From assembly GCA_964016885.1 (NCBI GenBank), contig OZ024741.1, positions 147,374,001 to 147,438,000 on the forward strand: 64,000 nucleotides of DNA, in the 5' to 3' direction. The position numbers were made by a program, and so were the translations under genes. This document shows, in pieces, positions 13,791 through 25,699 of the stretch. Under the pieces are notes generated by a model. It was given only the letters and a program-made list of their open reading frames with translations. It did not search any database and was not told the origin of the DNA. Origin of the DNA: Eledone cirrhosa. Lineage: Eukaryota. Position 1 is the first letter of the stretch. Each line of letters starts with the position of its first letter.

Positions 13791-15483
13791 GAGGCATTTA
13801 ATCAGACATTCTTCCAACACTGTCAATTTGTTGGCTCCACTAAAGAAATCATTATTTCACTTATTCAGATAATTGCCGATGTGTTTACATACACGCATAC
13901 ATTCAGGCACATACAGTTACCTACATGTGTGTGGGGGTGGGGAATAGGGTTATGCCTCGGTCGCTTTCGGCGAGGAATGTTCTAGTTGTTCGAACAACAG
14001 AACATCCTGCTCACGAAATTAATGTGGCGGTGCCCCTGCATGGCCCCAGGCCATCAGCTGGAACGCAAATAAATAAATAAATAAAAATACAAGGTTGACT
14101 TTTGTCTCATTTGGGGGTCTCTTTTTTTTTGTGTGTGTGTGGGGGAAGGGGTATTTTTCTAGTTCCGTTACTGGAGTAACGTGAAATAAAGTGTCATGTT
14201 GAAGGACATAAAGTGTCAAAAACACCCACCTTCACATATACATGTATACATACAAGAAGACGAAAGTGTGCATGAATACATGACCAACTGCACTGCCACA
14301 TGCAAATTGGTCCACATTTTTCTCTCCACACACACATATACGAATACAGGCGTACCAGAGTCTAGACATGCCCAGCTTTAAACACATATACGTAGGGGAA
14401 TACGTGCATGTGTGTGTGTGTGTGAAGTATATGGTTAAAACTGTAAACTGTTGTGTTTTGTTTGTTTTTTGTCTTACTTCTCTCCCGAGTTCATTCCTTT
14501 AGTTTTATGTTGCATTGTACTGGCTTTCCGTGACTACATACCAGGTCCATCGCCATGGGAAAAGGGACACTGGATAGCATTTCCCCCATCCCTACTTATC
14601 ATTGTAGATCCACACGAAACTTGATAGTATCAGCTTAGTTCTTATGCTTTTTCTGAAACTCCACCTTAGAATTATTGCAAATTTGAGTGCCTATACAGAA
14701 TACTCCGAAGCCCTCCACCCTCACTCACACCACACTGAGCTCCAAAGCTTGACGACCGGCATACTACGTGCCTATATACAAACCTGTATATAGAGAAACT
14801 AGTATGCGTGTATACGTGCAAGTATGTTTACAGAGAAACGCATATGCCTGACTACATACATACGTACATGCATCATACATACATAAATACATACATACAT
14901 ACATATATGCATACGTAGATATATACAAACAAGCATACAAACAGACAGACAGACAAACAAACAAAGTTCTACCAACAAATACTTGTCATCATGTGTATGT
15001 AGATATTTACAAAACAAAATGACGTGTCTGCGCGTATCTGCATGCATGCAAAACTGGACAAACTATATTTATATATTTATACAAATGGGTATGCAATTGT
15101 ACAAACGTATAAACACACAACCTAAACTGTGTATATACATATATACTTGTGTGTGTGTGAGGGCGCGTGCGCGTGCATGCGTGTATGTATGTGTGCATAC
15201 ATGTGTGTTTGTGTGTGTGTGTGTGCGTGCATGTATCTATGTAAACAAACTATGGGAGTGTTGCGTGAGTTGAAATTCATAGGAAATGTAGAAATTCCCG
15301 AACGCAGACGATTACTATAAATAATAGAAAATTGGATAAAATACCCCTATATGTATACACACACACATACATGCATACATGCATACATACACACATATAT
15401 ATGTGTGTGTGTGTGTGTGTATAATATATATATATATATGTGTGTGTGCGTGTGTGTGTGTGTGTATAATATATATATATATA

Positions 15484-15640
15484 TTCAATATTATAAAAGT
15501 TAAAAAACGAGTCTTGTTACTCTGGAGTTTTGCCTATTTATCTCAGGGTCATCAGACAAAAACATCTTTCTGATGAACCTGCAATAAACAAGCGAAACTC
15601 CAGAGTATCAACACTCACTTTTTAGACTTAATAATATTGA
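15484..15640. repeat. Fold-back element with two degenerate divergent hammerhead motifs
   Basis: Arms 15484-15556 and 15569-15640. Inferred consensus CTGATGA-GCCTG..CAGGC-GAAA-CTC-CA-GAG-TA. Confidence 0.65.
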
Positions 15641-15700
15641 ATATTAAAACTCTACTTCAGTATTGAGTACTCCTTTCTCTCAGCGGTCAACCACATACGG

Positions 15701-15736
<36 letters not shown>

Positions 15737-16121
15737 ATTGCGATGTGTTGTGTTTACTTGACGAACCAATACTAGGTTACCTTAACACGGGACCTTTTTA
15801 GGTGTGGAGCCAAACTGTGAGATTTCGTCCTATTGGCTTCAGTCCGGCCATGACTCGTGATTTCAACAAATACTATATATTCTATGGCTAAACGTTTCAA
15901 TGTTTTGGTTCAACAGCAGCTGATGAAGGGAATAATTACCGAAACATCTAGATGAATAAAAGGATAATAAATTTGGTATATTTGTTTATATGGTAAGTTT
16001 GAGGCCTTTTTTTGATCGTGCGATTTCAATTATTAAATATCTGTCTTATAAGAACTAAGCCGATATTACCAAGGTTCGTACGAATCTACAAAAGATAAAT
16101 AGACACACTTATAGATAGACG

Positions 16122-16194
<73 letters not shown>

Positions 16195-16330
16195 GTATAA
16201 ATATATATATATATACACTGTATATGGTAAAGTATGTGTTAGTTAATCACCGATACTATTGTATGCAGGGTAGAGCACTGAACGAAGTATACAAATAGAT
16301 CTGTTTACTCTGGAATATAATTATAATAAA

Positions 16331-16425
16331 TGTTTCTACTTCTGGCACAAGGCCAGCAATTATCCCAGTGCATGCATTACTGGTGCTTTATTTTATCAAC
16401 CCCTTAAGGATGAAAGGCAAAGTTG
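16331..16425 (-). mobile_element. SINE 3' fragment
   Basis: Near-identical to 24631-24725 and related to 24790-24940. Confidence 0.7.
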
Positions 16426-16539
16426 AAGTACAAGTCAACGACTATGATGAGGTCATAACTGCTGCATAACAGTTATCATTGAAATATATATAACAGTACT
16501 TACGATTAAATGACGTAAATTCTAACCTATTGATTTGTA

Positions 16540-16575
<36 letters not shown>

Positions 16576-16894
16576 GTATGTAAGTATGTATGTAGCAAAT
16601 ACGAGTATGTCACATTTATCTTGATGTTAATTCATAAATAGAATCCCCATTGCGTTTCATCGCCATCGTAATGCTGCATATATACGACAGACTTGGAGTG
16701 CTCTTACCTGTTTACACCTATTTATGAACGAGACATCGCAACACAATTCTTACAAATAAATTTCCTCTCGTGAGGAGGGGGGCGGATAATTCGCAAAACA
16801 CTAGATCGCGTTGCACCAGTACGTCCGCAACTGAATGAGAGAAACCAGTAACAAAATGTAAAAACATATATGATGCACATGAATATGGAAATAT

Positions 16895-17412
16895 TGAAGG
16901 TATGTTGTTCAGTAGTTAGGCTGTTCGGCTCACGATCATAAGGTTATGAGTTTGTTTCACAGCGGCGTATCGTGTTTTTGACCAACATCTTATATTTCAC
17001 GTCACCCACTTCAGTCAATTGGAAAACATGAGCTTATCAGTAATTCAAAGAGAAAGCCTTATATTAAACCATGTGTCACGCTGGATATCTTCAAGAACTA
17101 CTTTAACCCTTTAGCATTCACATTACTCTATATATATACTCTTGTATTTTCACGGTAAATGCTTTATCTCACATAATATTGAATCTATGAGTTTTTGATA
17201 TTTATTTTTAGAACAATATCCTAACATAAGTGTAAGTGTCCGGTTTGAATAGAAAAAGGTGATAGAATCCTGGCCGGTTATGGTCGGTTTAAATGCTAAA
17301 GGGTTAAGGGTACATGTATCCAAGGAATGATTAGCAAACTCCATGTTAATTTCACGAGCAAGCTGTTACGTTTTTCAAATAACTGGAACACCTGTAGTCG
17401 GAACCGACGGAA
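16895..17412 (+). mobile_element. Degenerate tRNA-derived SINE interrupted by a MITE
   Basis: Head resembles 11981. The tail 17340-17412 matches the reverse complement of 13955-14025. Confidence 0.55.
17107..17303. mobile_element. piggyBac-type MITE
   Basis: TIRs CCCTTTAGCATT / AATGCTAAAGGG with TTAA on both sides. Confidence 0.85.
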
Positions 17413-17502
17413 GTTAAACGCGCTCACACACAATAAAACAGACATAACTACAAGCATCAAACCATATAAGCTATAAGTTATAATAAACATATGTTTTTGT
17501 TA

Positions 17503-17561
17503 TGTTTTGATCTTTGATTTTGATCTTTGATTTTGATCTTTGATTTTGATCTTTGATTTTG
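17503..17561. repeat. 12-bp tandem repeat (TTTTGATCTTTG-like)
   Basis: About 5 copies. Confidence 0.9.
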
Positions 17562-17569
17562 CCCTGAGG

Positions 17570-18046
17570 AAACTTTTAACACCTTATTGATACATAAATA
17601 ACGCACATGTACAGTTTAAAGCAAATTGGTTGCTCATATCAGAAGAAACAAACCAAATGAAAAATAGGTTTGTGCGGCTTTTTGCCTTCCGCGAGTTGTC
17701 TGGGATAATTCTTTCTTAGCCTAAAGCCATCCTTAGCACATAATTTATCTGTGTTTCGAATTTGAAGGAAATCGGTTGAGAACTTTAAAGGTTATGGCAG
17801 AAAATAACATTCATATGGGCATTTGCATGTAAATGTCCTATTGATTTATAAAAAATCGATGCAGACTGGAAATTCTCGATTTTCTTTAAACTTCAAAGTA
17901 CGTAAAAAATAAATTGGGTATGAGAGCCACACGCGTGTCAAGTTTTATCAAGATCGGTTTGGTAGTTTTTTAGTTTTAGGTTCACAAACAAATCCACAAA
18001 CAAACACACACACAAACAGACAGAAATTGCCATTTATGTATATAGA
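17570..18046 (-). mobile_element. Probable Helitron-like non-autonomous repeat, 5' part
   Basis: Reverse complement begins TCTATATACATAAA followed by a (TGTT/TCTG)n tract. No 3' end seen. Confidence 0.4.
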
Positions 18047-18059
18047 TATAGAGAGGGGG

Positions 18060-18205
18060 GTGGGTCCCGAGATCCATGGACGATTTCTCTCCAGCGGTCT
18101 CTGTCCTTCATCATCGCCACTATTTCTGCATCTCCCGTAGACTAATGTCTGAACTTAGGGCGTCAACATGTCACCCTCGGTCTCCCTCTTCCACAGCACC
18201 ACTGA
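18060..18205 (-). mobile_element. RTE-like LINE 3' fragment
   Basis: Encodes GRGRPRVT..MMKDRDRWREIV and is homologous to 19745-19800. Confidence 0.6.
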
Positions 18206-18207
18206 TA

Positions 18208-18245
<38 letters not shown>

Positions 18246-18510
18246 GGAAAAAATGAAACGAAATTTCATTTCCCACTCTTAGTACGGCTGTTACTTAAAT
18301 ATAAGTATGTACACGTACATACATACATGCATACAGACGTACAGTAGTATGTATATATATATATACATACATGCACACATATATATATATGTACGTATGG
18401 ATTTACCGAACATTTATTATAATGCCCGGTGTGTTTGTAAACAAACATCCCGTATTAAGCCGTAATGTCTAGCAACCATCGTTGCTCGTTTGTTCAACAC
18501 TGACAAAGGA

Positions 18511-18553
18511 ACGCTGTACTAGTTTCAAGCTTATTAGCTATCGTCAGAAACGT
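18511..18553 (-). ncRNA. Minimal hammerhead motif
   Basis: Reverse complement reads acgttt-CTGACGA-t-AGCT-aata-AGCT-t-GAAA-CTAG-TA-cagcgt. Confidence 0.7.
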
Positions 18554-18597
18554 ATACCTTCCTGCCAGATTTCTGAACGTATATAGTTACCTTATGC

Positions 18598-18664
<67 letters not shown>

Positions 18665-19286
18665 TGTATTTAGCTCCAGTCTTTAGCTATTGACCAGTTA
18701 ATTTTATTGATTTTTTTTGTTGATCTTATTGACTGATGAATAGCTCTTGTTTATATTAACACGTCTGTTGAGCACTTTGATTCGATATGTGATCCTTTGT
18801 ATTTTTACATAAATTACACATCACCGAGTTCTTTGGCCAATATAGGGGTTCCCTCCCTTGCTGAATACCATGTGCGTTTTGGCTGTGGGTCCCTCCGTAT
18901 TTTTGAACGGAAACTCGTTGAAAAATCTCTTCCTCGTTCATCTCCTCACTAGAAGTCATATATATTTTTTATGTGGGCTGATAGTGATTTGATTAAGGAA
19001 TTGCAGAAACCCAAAAAGCTAGAATTTAACATTCTTCTAGCGGGTCCGGGTGAGTTTATTTACATTCATTTAATTTATTAATTGATTGATATTTTATTTG
19101 AGTGACTCGAATCTTCCTGGTCGTTCTTTTTCGGCTGCACGGGTGATTTTAGGCATGATCTCTGTGTGTTGGTATTTTAACGATAGTTATAGCTCTGGTT
19201 TATCCAAACTATTGATCCCTCTGCCACACATGTCGGATATTGTTTATCGTGATTTCGTGGGCCGATATTCCGATTCTCGATCATTC

Positions 19287-19377
<91 letters not shown>

Positions 19378-19380
<3 letters not shown>

Positions 19381-19800
19381 TCTGACTCCTTGATGTTCTC
19401 CATCAGACACTTCATCTTACTTTCCTTTATTCTCCACCTCTCGCATCCACTCTTCTGCCTCCTTCACTGTGTTTGTAGCCAGAGCTATGTTGTCAGCAAA
19501 TTCAGCATCCGATGTCTTTCTGACCTTAACTCTCCTGCTCTGAGCCGGTGTTACAGTAAAGCTCGAGTCCTGATCTTTATCCAATGTAAGACGCATACAA
19601 TAGTCCACTGCGATGATGAAAAGGAAGGGAGCCAGTGATTCGCGCTGAAGCACTCCAGCCAGTATCTCAAAGAATACCGTCATCCCGTCAGGTGTGAGCT
19701 CAGGACCTTTGCTCTGGTGTTGGTGTGGAGCAATGGTAACAGTGATCCTGTGGAAAAGGGGGACCGAGGATGACATATGTTGATGCCCTAAGTTCAGACA
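19378..19800. mobile_element. RTE-like LINE fragment with inversion (RT on -, 3' end on +)
   Basis: TPDG..FFEILAGVLQ..LAPFLFII..FADNIAL on the - strand to ~19700, then a + strand 3' segment. Confidence 0.75.
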
Positions 19801-19892
19801 TATATATATATATATATATATATATAAATGAAAGGTATAGAAATTGTTTTAGCGAGAAGCTAACAGTATTCTATAATATATATATATATATG

Positions 19893-20246
19893 TATACGAT
19901 ATTAATAAATGGAAACTATATTTAAAAAACCATATTTATTTCATTATACATATTTCAAGGACACAAAGTTAAATTATGGTGTGCTTTCATCAGATAAAAT
20001 ATAATATAGAACAGTTTTATAAATAAATATTGACATACCCTTAAAGAATGCAACCATTACTGTTGGAAGCTCCCGGGTAGTAATGGTTGCAATTTTTAAG
20101 GGTATGTCAATATTTATTTATAAAACTGTTCTATATTATATTTTATCTGATGAAAGCACACCATAATTTAACTTGGTGTCCTTGAAATATGTATAATGAA
20201 ATAAATATGGTTTTAGAAATATAGTTTCCATTTGTTAATATCGTAT
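19893..20246. repeat. Long near-perfect inverted repeat with ~168-bp arms and a hammerhead in each arm
   Basis: Arms 19893-20061 and 20078-20246. Confidence 0.92.
20139..20203 (+). ncRNA. Hammerhead ribozyme motif (mirror copy at 19937-20001 on -)
   Basis: 8-bp helix I TATTTTAT/ATGAAATA, core CTGATGA, helix II AAGcACACCA/TGGTGTcCTT, then GAAA-TA-tg-TA-TA. Confidence 0.8.
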
Positions 20247-20345
20247 TTTTACTCCAAATATTTGTTGAGTGCTTTGTATCAGTTATAAAAATATTTGCTT
20301 GTTGTATCCCAACAATTTAAATAGAACTTTACATATATATATATA

Positions 20346-21062
20346 TTTCATTTTTGAATTTTTTTGGCAAGATTTCTTATCAGAAAAATTTGGGAGGGTC
20401 ATGCTGCCAATAAAAACACACGCATTTGATGGTTTTCACTTCAATTTATTATAAATTTCCGGTTAGTTGGCTCTATAACTAGTTGGTTGTTTATATATTG
20501 TCAGAGCTCTTTCGTCACATATTCTGTGATCTCCTCAGTGACTAGGCTTTTTATTTTGTGTCTCTTCTTTGTTCTGTCCTACACCGTCTTGTTTTTGTGT
20601 GTGTGTGTTTTATTTTTTTATTTATGTGTTTATTTATTTGTCACTAGTTGGTTGTTTGTTCTATCTGTGTGTGTCTGATTTGTTTTGTTAGTTTGGTTTT
20701 TGTGTGTGTCTGTATGTCTTCATTTTATCCTTAATTACTAGTTGTGATGTTGCTATTCCACTCATGTTTTCTCTGTTTAATTTTGGTTGGAGAGTTCGTT
20801 TATATTTGTTGCCTCTGTGATTTGTCTGAGCATTGCATCTTTTCTGTGTGTGGATATAATTTTTATCTCTATGTTCTCTAATGTGCCCTTATGCCCTATT
20901 TTGGCATGTTGGTGGAATACTGATGAGATTTTCCCATCCTGCAGTTCTCACCAGTGTTCACTTATCCTTTCTCCTATTCTACGGGCTGTTTCACCTATGT
21001 ATATTATGTTCTTATTCCTACACCCAGTACATCTTATGCTATATATTGCGTTCTCATATTTA
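20346..21062 (-). mobile_element. 3' fragment of the first PLE family (GIY-YIG, 3'UTR and hammerhead at 20500-20542)
   Basis: Homologous to 1720-2510. Hammerhead reads GTCA-CTGAGGA..GAAA-GAGC-TC-TGAC. Confidence 0.88.
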
Positions 21063-21064
21063 TA

Positions 21065-22126
21065 GCAGAAATTATTGCATCAGGTATGCTATATTCACCT
21101 AAGATTGACATAAGCTTTCCTCTATGGATGGAGTCAAAGCCTTTATAAAGTCAATGAAAGTTAGTGCAGCTTTCAGCTTCTTTGATCTGATGCCTTCGCA
21201 GTGTCAATATTTGTGAGACAGTCGATCTATTCTGTTTGAAACCATTTTGATTTATTCTGAGTTTTGGGTCTAGATATGGTTTTATTCTGTTTAGTGGGAT
21301 TCTGTTGTAGATTTTAGCTGCAACTACTGACAAAGTAATTCCTCAGTAATTAGATGTATATCCCAAGTCACCCTTCTTTGGTAGAGGCACTATTCCTCGT
21401 TTTCTCCAGATTTTCGGTACATCTCCTTTGAAGGTCTCTTGACAGATTTCAAGCAGCTCATCGTTCATGCATACTTTCCATATTTCTGCTGGTATATTAT
21501 CCGAACCTGTAATTTTGTTGTTTTGTGATGTCTTGATTGCATCTTTGCATCTTTCAACTCCTGCATTGTAATATCACCAACAACAATAAATCGAGTGTCA
21601 AATATCTTGTCAATATTTCGTTCATCTATCAAGGGAGGTTGTCCAAGTAACTTAGCAAAATGCTCTATCCCCAACTTTACTCTTTCCTCAGGGCTTTCAG
21701 CTTTTATCTTATTTTTGCTGTTGAGCCAGTGTTGTTGTATCGATCAGGTACATGAACTCTGACACAAGCACTCAAGAAGAAACTATATGGTGCATACAGT
21801 AAAATGTCTAGGATTGTACAAAACATAAACTAGCGTCAACGTATTATTACAAATGAACGTTTATACGGAAACTTGACCAAGATAACTACAATTGCTCAAA
21901 GACGGTGACGATTTGCTAGACATTGCTAGAGAAGTAAACAGGAAGTTAAACAAGCTACTATTGTGGCAACCAACTTACAAGAGACGCAGTAGAGGAAGAC
22001 CTGCTCGAACCTTCATCGATCAACTTTCAAATGATACAAACCTCAGTAGGGAACAGTTGCCAGGAGCAATGGAGAATCGTGAATTGTGGAAAAACTTTGT
22101 CAGGAATGTTCGCCTGCGGTCGCAAT

Positions 22127-22127
<1 letters not shown>
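21065..22127. mobile_element. RTE-like LINE with 5' inversion
   Basis: The - strand 21065-21725 encodes KIYNRI..NQNGFKQNRSTVSQILTLRR. The + strand 21730-22127 encodes LLLWQP..RGRPARTFIDQL..MENRELW and is followed by (TA)n. Confidence 0.8.
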
Positions 22128-22193
<66 letters not shown>

Positions 22194-22246
22194 GTGTGTG
22201 TGTGTATCTATACACACACACACACACACAAACACCACACACATAT

Positions 22247-22313
<67 letters not shown>

Positions 22314-22599
22314 CATCCACATACACACAAAAATATATATTTATATGTTTATAAATATATGTATAATTATACATACATACATGTTTGTATATATACATTA
22401 CTGGTGTGCAGTTGCAGGAGCGCAGCCATAGTTGCTATGTCAATCCAATACAACCCTACCACATACTTATTTAAACTAACCTAATCGTTGCACCGGTTTC
22501 CATATCAGTTGTTGCTAATATTACAAATCGTTCTCTCCTATTGTCTTCGTGTTCAATACACACACATTTTGCGTGTATACACACACACACACACACACA

Positions 22600-22650
<51 letters not shown>

Positions 22651-22654
<4 letters not shown>

Positions 22655-22780
22655 ATGATTTCTTTTGAATGAAACAGTTCTAGTCCTGTAAAAGCATTTC
22701 TATATTATACTTGATGTTTACATTACTAATATATTGAGTATCTTACTAACTGTGATTACTCCCGATTGAACCCGGGACTT
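22651..22780 (+). mobile_element. Short hammerhead-bearing terminal fragment between (TA)n tracts
   Basis: TTGATGA-tttc..gaat-GAAA-CAG..CTG-TA-aaagc. Same family as 58565-58766. Confidence 0.6.
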
Positions 22781-22813
22781 ATATATATATTATCGTTATG
22801 ATTATTATTATGT

Positions 22814-22918
<105 letters not shown>

Positions 22919-23648
22919 CATATATATACATAAATATATATATATATAAACTTTGTGAATTATCAAAATGCTGGGGGCGTTTGAAATTTGGAAGTCTGAA
23001 AACGTGTCCACTATTTTCCGTCTGTAAGGGTAATTTTCTCAACTATTATCTATAGTGCTCGACTGTTATTACAATTATTTTCAGCGTTTGGGACGCTCAC
23101 GTTTTCAGATTCTCAAATATATATGTATTTGTGTGTTATTTTTCCTGGTCATTTATTTATTTGTTTCTTTCTTTGATTATTTTGTGTATTCCTCGTGCTC
23201 AATGTATGTGTGTGTGTGCGTGTGTGTGTGTGATCATTTATTCATCTACTTATCTATTTGTCCCTTTTGGTTATTTTGTTTTGTTGTTGTTGTTTCTAAT
23301 TGTCTCGTTCGTTTTATTTACTAATGTTGTTTTTAGAAATCGGTTAGATAGTTGTTATTCGTTCCAACAGCTGAGTTCATCTGTCTGTCATTCCTATATT
23401 ACGCTATACCGTGTAAACAGCTTTGCCGGTCTGTAAAGCATGGTATAAACTAGCGCACTCGTTTCATCCTTACTTTCACTTTCACTATCGCTATAATGGT
23501 TCACGTTTGCATCCTTTTCTTTCTGTATTCTTCCTTCCTTTTCTACATCATGTAGTCATATTGCTGTGCTTAAGACTAAGAAAATCAAAATAAACAGACA
23601 GAGCGAATAGAACACAAAGATGAGCATGAAATAAACAATCATATACAC

Positions 23649-23680
<32 letters not shown>

Positions 23681-23920
23681 GGGTGTGTGAGAGAGAGAGG
23701 GGTGGAAGCATTTATAAACCATGTATATGATTTAAGGGAAAAAAGGATAGCACTTGATCTTCGGTCGGGTATCTATCAGGATTGACAAATACACTTAGAT
23801 ACGCAAAATTTAATTTTACGTCTTGTAAAGAAAGATTTCAGAAAATAGATAAAGATGTTCAAAGACACACGCAACGTCCTATATGTCAAACTTCCTTCTT
23901 TACTGTCTCTACTTCTCTCG

Positions 23921-23983
<63 letters not shown>

Positions 23984-24275
23984 TTTTCAATCTTATTCAT
24001 TTCTTTCTCTGATATTCAGGCGACTTTGTTTTCCCTCCCCTCTCTTCTTTTCTTCAAATCTCGCCCAAAATATTCCTCTCCTTTCTCAGTATTTCAGTTC
24101 CCTCTTTCTCTCCTTTCACTTCTCTCTCTCTCTGTATATATATATATATATATTCTATCTATTTAGTTATCTTTTCCCCCCTACCTCTTTCCATCTATCG
24201 CGAATTTCTGTTTCTTTCATTCATCATCTTATGCATTCTTTCATTCACAATTTCCTCTTGGGTGAATATTTCAAA

Positions 24276-24276
<1 letters not shown>

Positions 24277-24326
<50 letters not shown>

Positions 24327-24486
24327 AACAAATACTACTACCAGTACTACTATATTCATCACCACTACGGTTACAGCCGTTTGTTTTCATTGTCGCGTGT
24401 ATCATTACTACTACTACAAGTAGAGGTACTACAAGTAGTAGTAGTACCTCTATTCCAATTACTACAACTACTACTATTACTACTAC

Positions 24487-24528
<42 letters not shown>
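24277..24528. repeat. (TAC)n and (TAG)n tracts in inverted orientation
   Basis: Direct reading. Confidence 0.9.
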
Positions 24529-24630
24529 AGCATTTTGCGAAACCTCCCTCATCTCAATGAAATAAGTTGATACCCGAAACAGTAATGCTAACAACATTAT
24601 TATTCATATGCACAACACCAATAATAATAA

Positions 24631-24940
24631 TTGTTTCTACTTTTGGCACAAGGCCAGCAATTACCCAGTGTATTACTGGTACTTTATTTTATCGACCCCA
24701 TAAGGATGAAAGGCAAAGTTAACCTTAATAATAATGGCCATTTGGGCCAGCATTCGTTTGTTTGTTTGTTTGTTTGTTTGTTTGTTTGGGGGAAGGGTCG
24801 ATTATACTGACCCAAGTGCATCACTGATACTTTATTTATCACCCATTGGAAGGATGAAAGACAAAGTTGACCTCAGCGGGATTTGATCGCAGAACTTAAA
24901 GAGCCGTAACACACACCACATGGCATTTTGTCCGACGCTC
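24631..24940 (-). mobile_element. Two SINE fragments embedded in (AAT)n
   Basis: Shared cccagtg..actggtact..aggatgaaaggcaaagttgacc motif. Confidence 0.7.
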
Positions 24941-24973
<33 letters not shown>

Positions 24974-25699
24974 TAATAATAATAATAATGTTTTTTTTAT
25001 TGGTCAGAAATAACAAAGGAAACAATATAATACATTTAAGTAATACTGGTAACAATAATAATGATTTCTTTTATTACTGTTAACAATAATAATAACAATA
25101 CCAACATGCATACAAAGAATAAGTGGGGGGGAAAAATGGCTGCCTAGCCACACTTACCTGCGTTTTTCTTTATTTTCCATCCCGGGCATTTTTAAAGTTC
25201 CTTGCTTTGTAGTGAGTTTTCTGTGTATAGAAAACGTGTGCCGTGGTATTCCGTTAAAGATACTAAGAGACGGTGTAAAACCAAAAATATAAACTGCGTG
25301 AAATTAATTCCGTCAGAGATACATGGGGTGGAAGCGCGAGTGAGAGAAGGGGTGGGTGAAGGAAGGAAAGTAGAAGAGAGATAGACAGATAGATGAGGAA
25401 ATAAACGAAATAAGCGAAGAGGGCGAGGGAAAGAGTAAAAGTAATGAAGGGAGGCTGAAAATGAGAATGAGCGAAAAAAATATGTAGCTGTCATCCGAGA
25501 GAGATAAGTGGAGATAGAACTGGCAAAGGCGGAGAGGGAGACAGAGAGGAGGAGAGCAAGAGAGAAAAGGAGAGAGAGGTGAAAGGGTATATATATGTGT
25601 GTGAGTGAGTGCGTGTGTGTGTGTGTGTGTGCACATGTGTGTGGGTGTGTACATGTGTGTGTGTGTGTACATATGTGTGTGTGTTCTCGGCAGAGCTGT

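Noticed and set aside
17503-17561. Short tandem repeats as a CRISPR array
   Set aside because: There are no unique spacers or cas genes, and the context is eukaryotic.
18732-19010. CTGATGA at 18732 as a hammerhead core
   Set aside because: No convincing helix II leading to a GAAA was found.
20950-20952. In-frame TGA in a PLE GIY-YIG domain as possible selenocysteine
   Set aside because: It aligns to CGA (Arg) in the copy at 1825, so CpG decay explains it.
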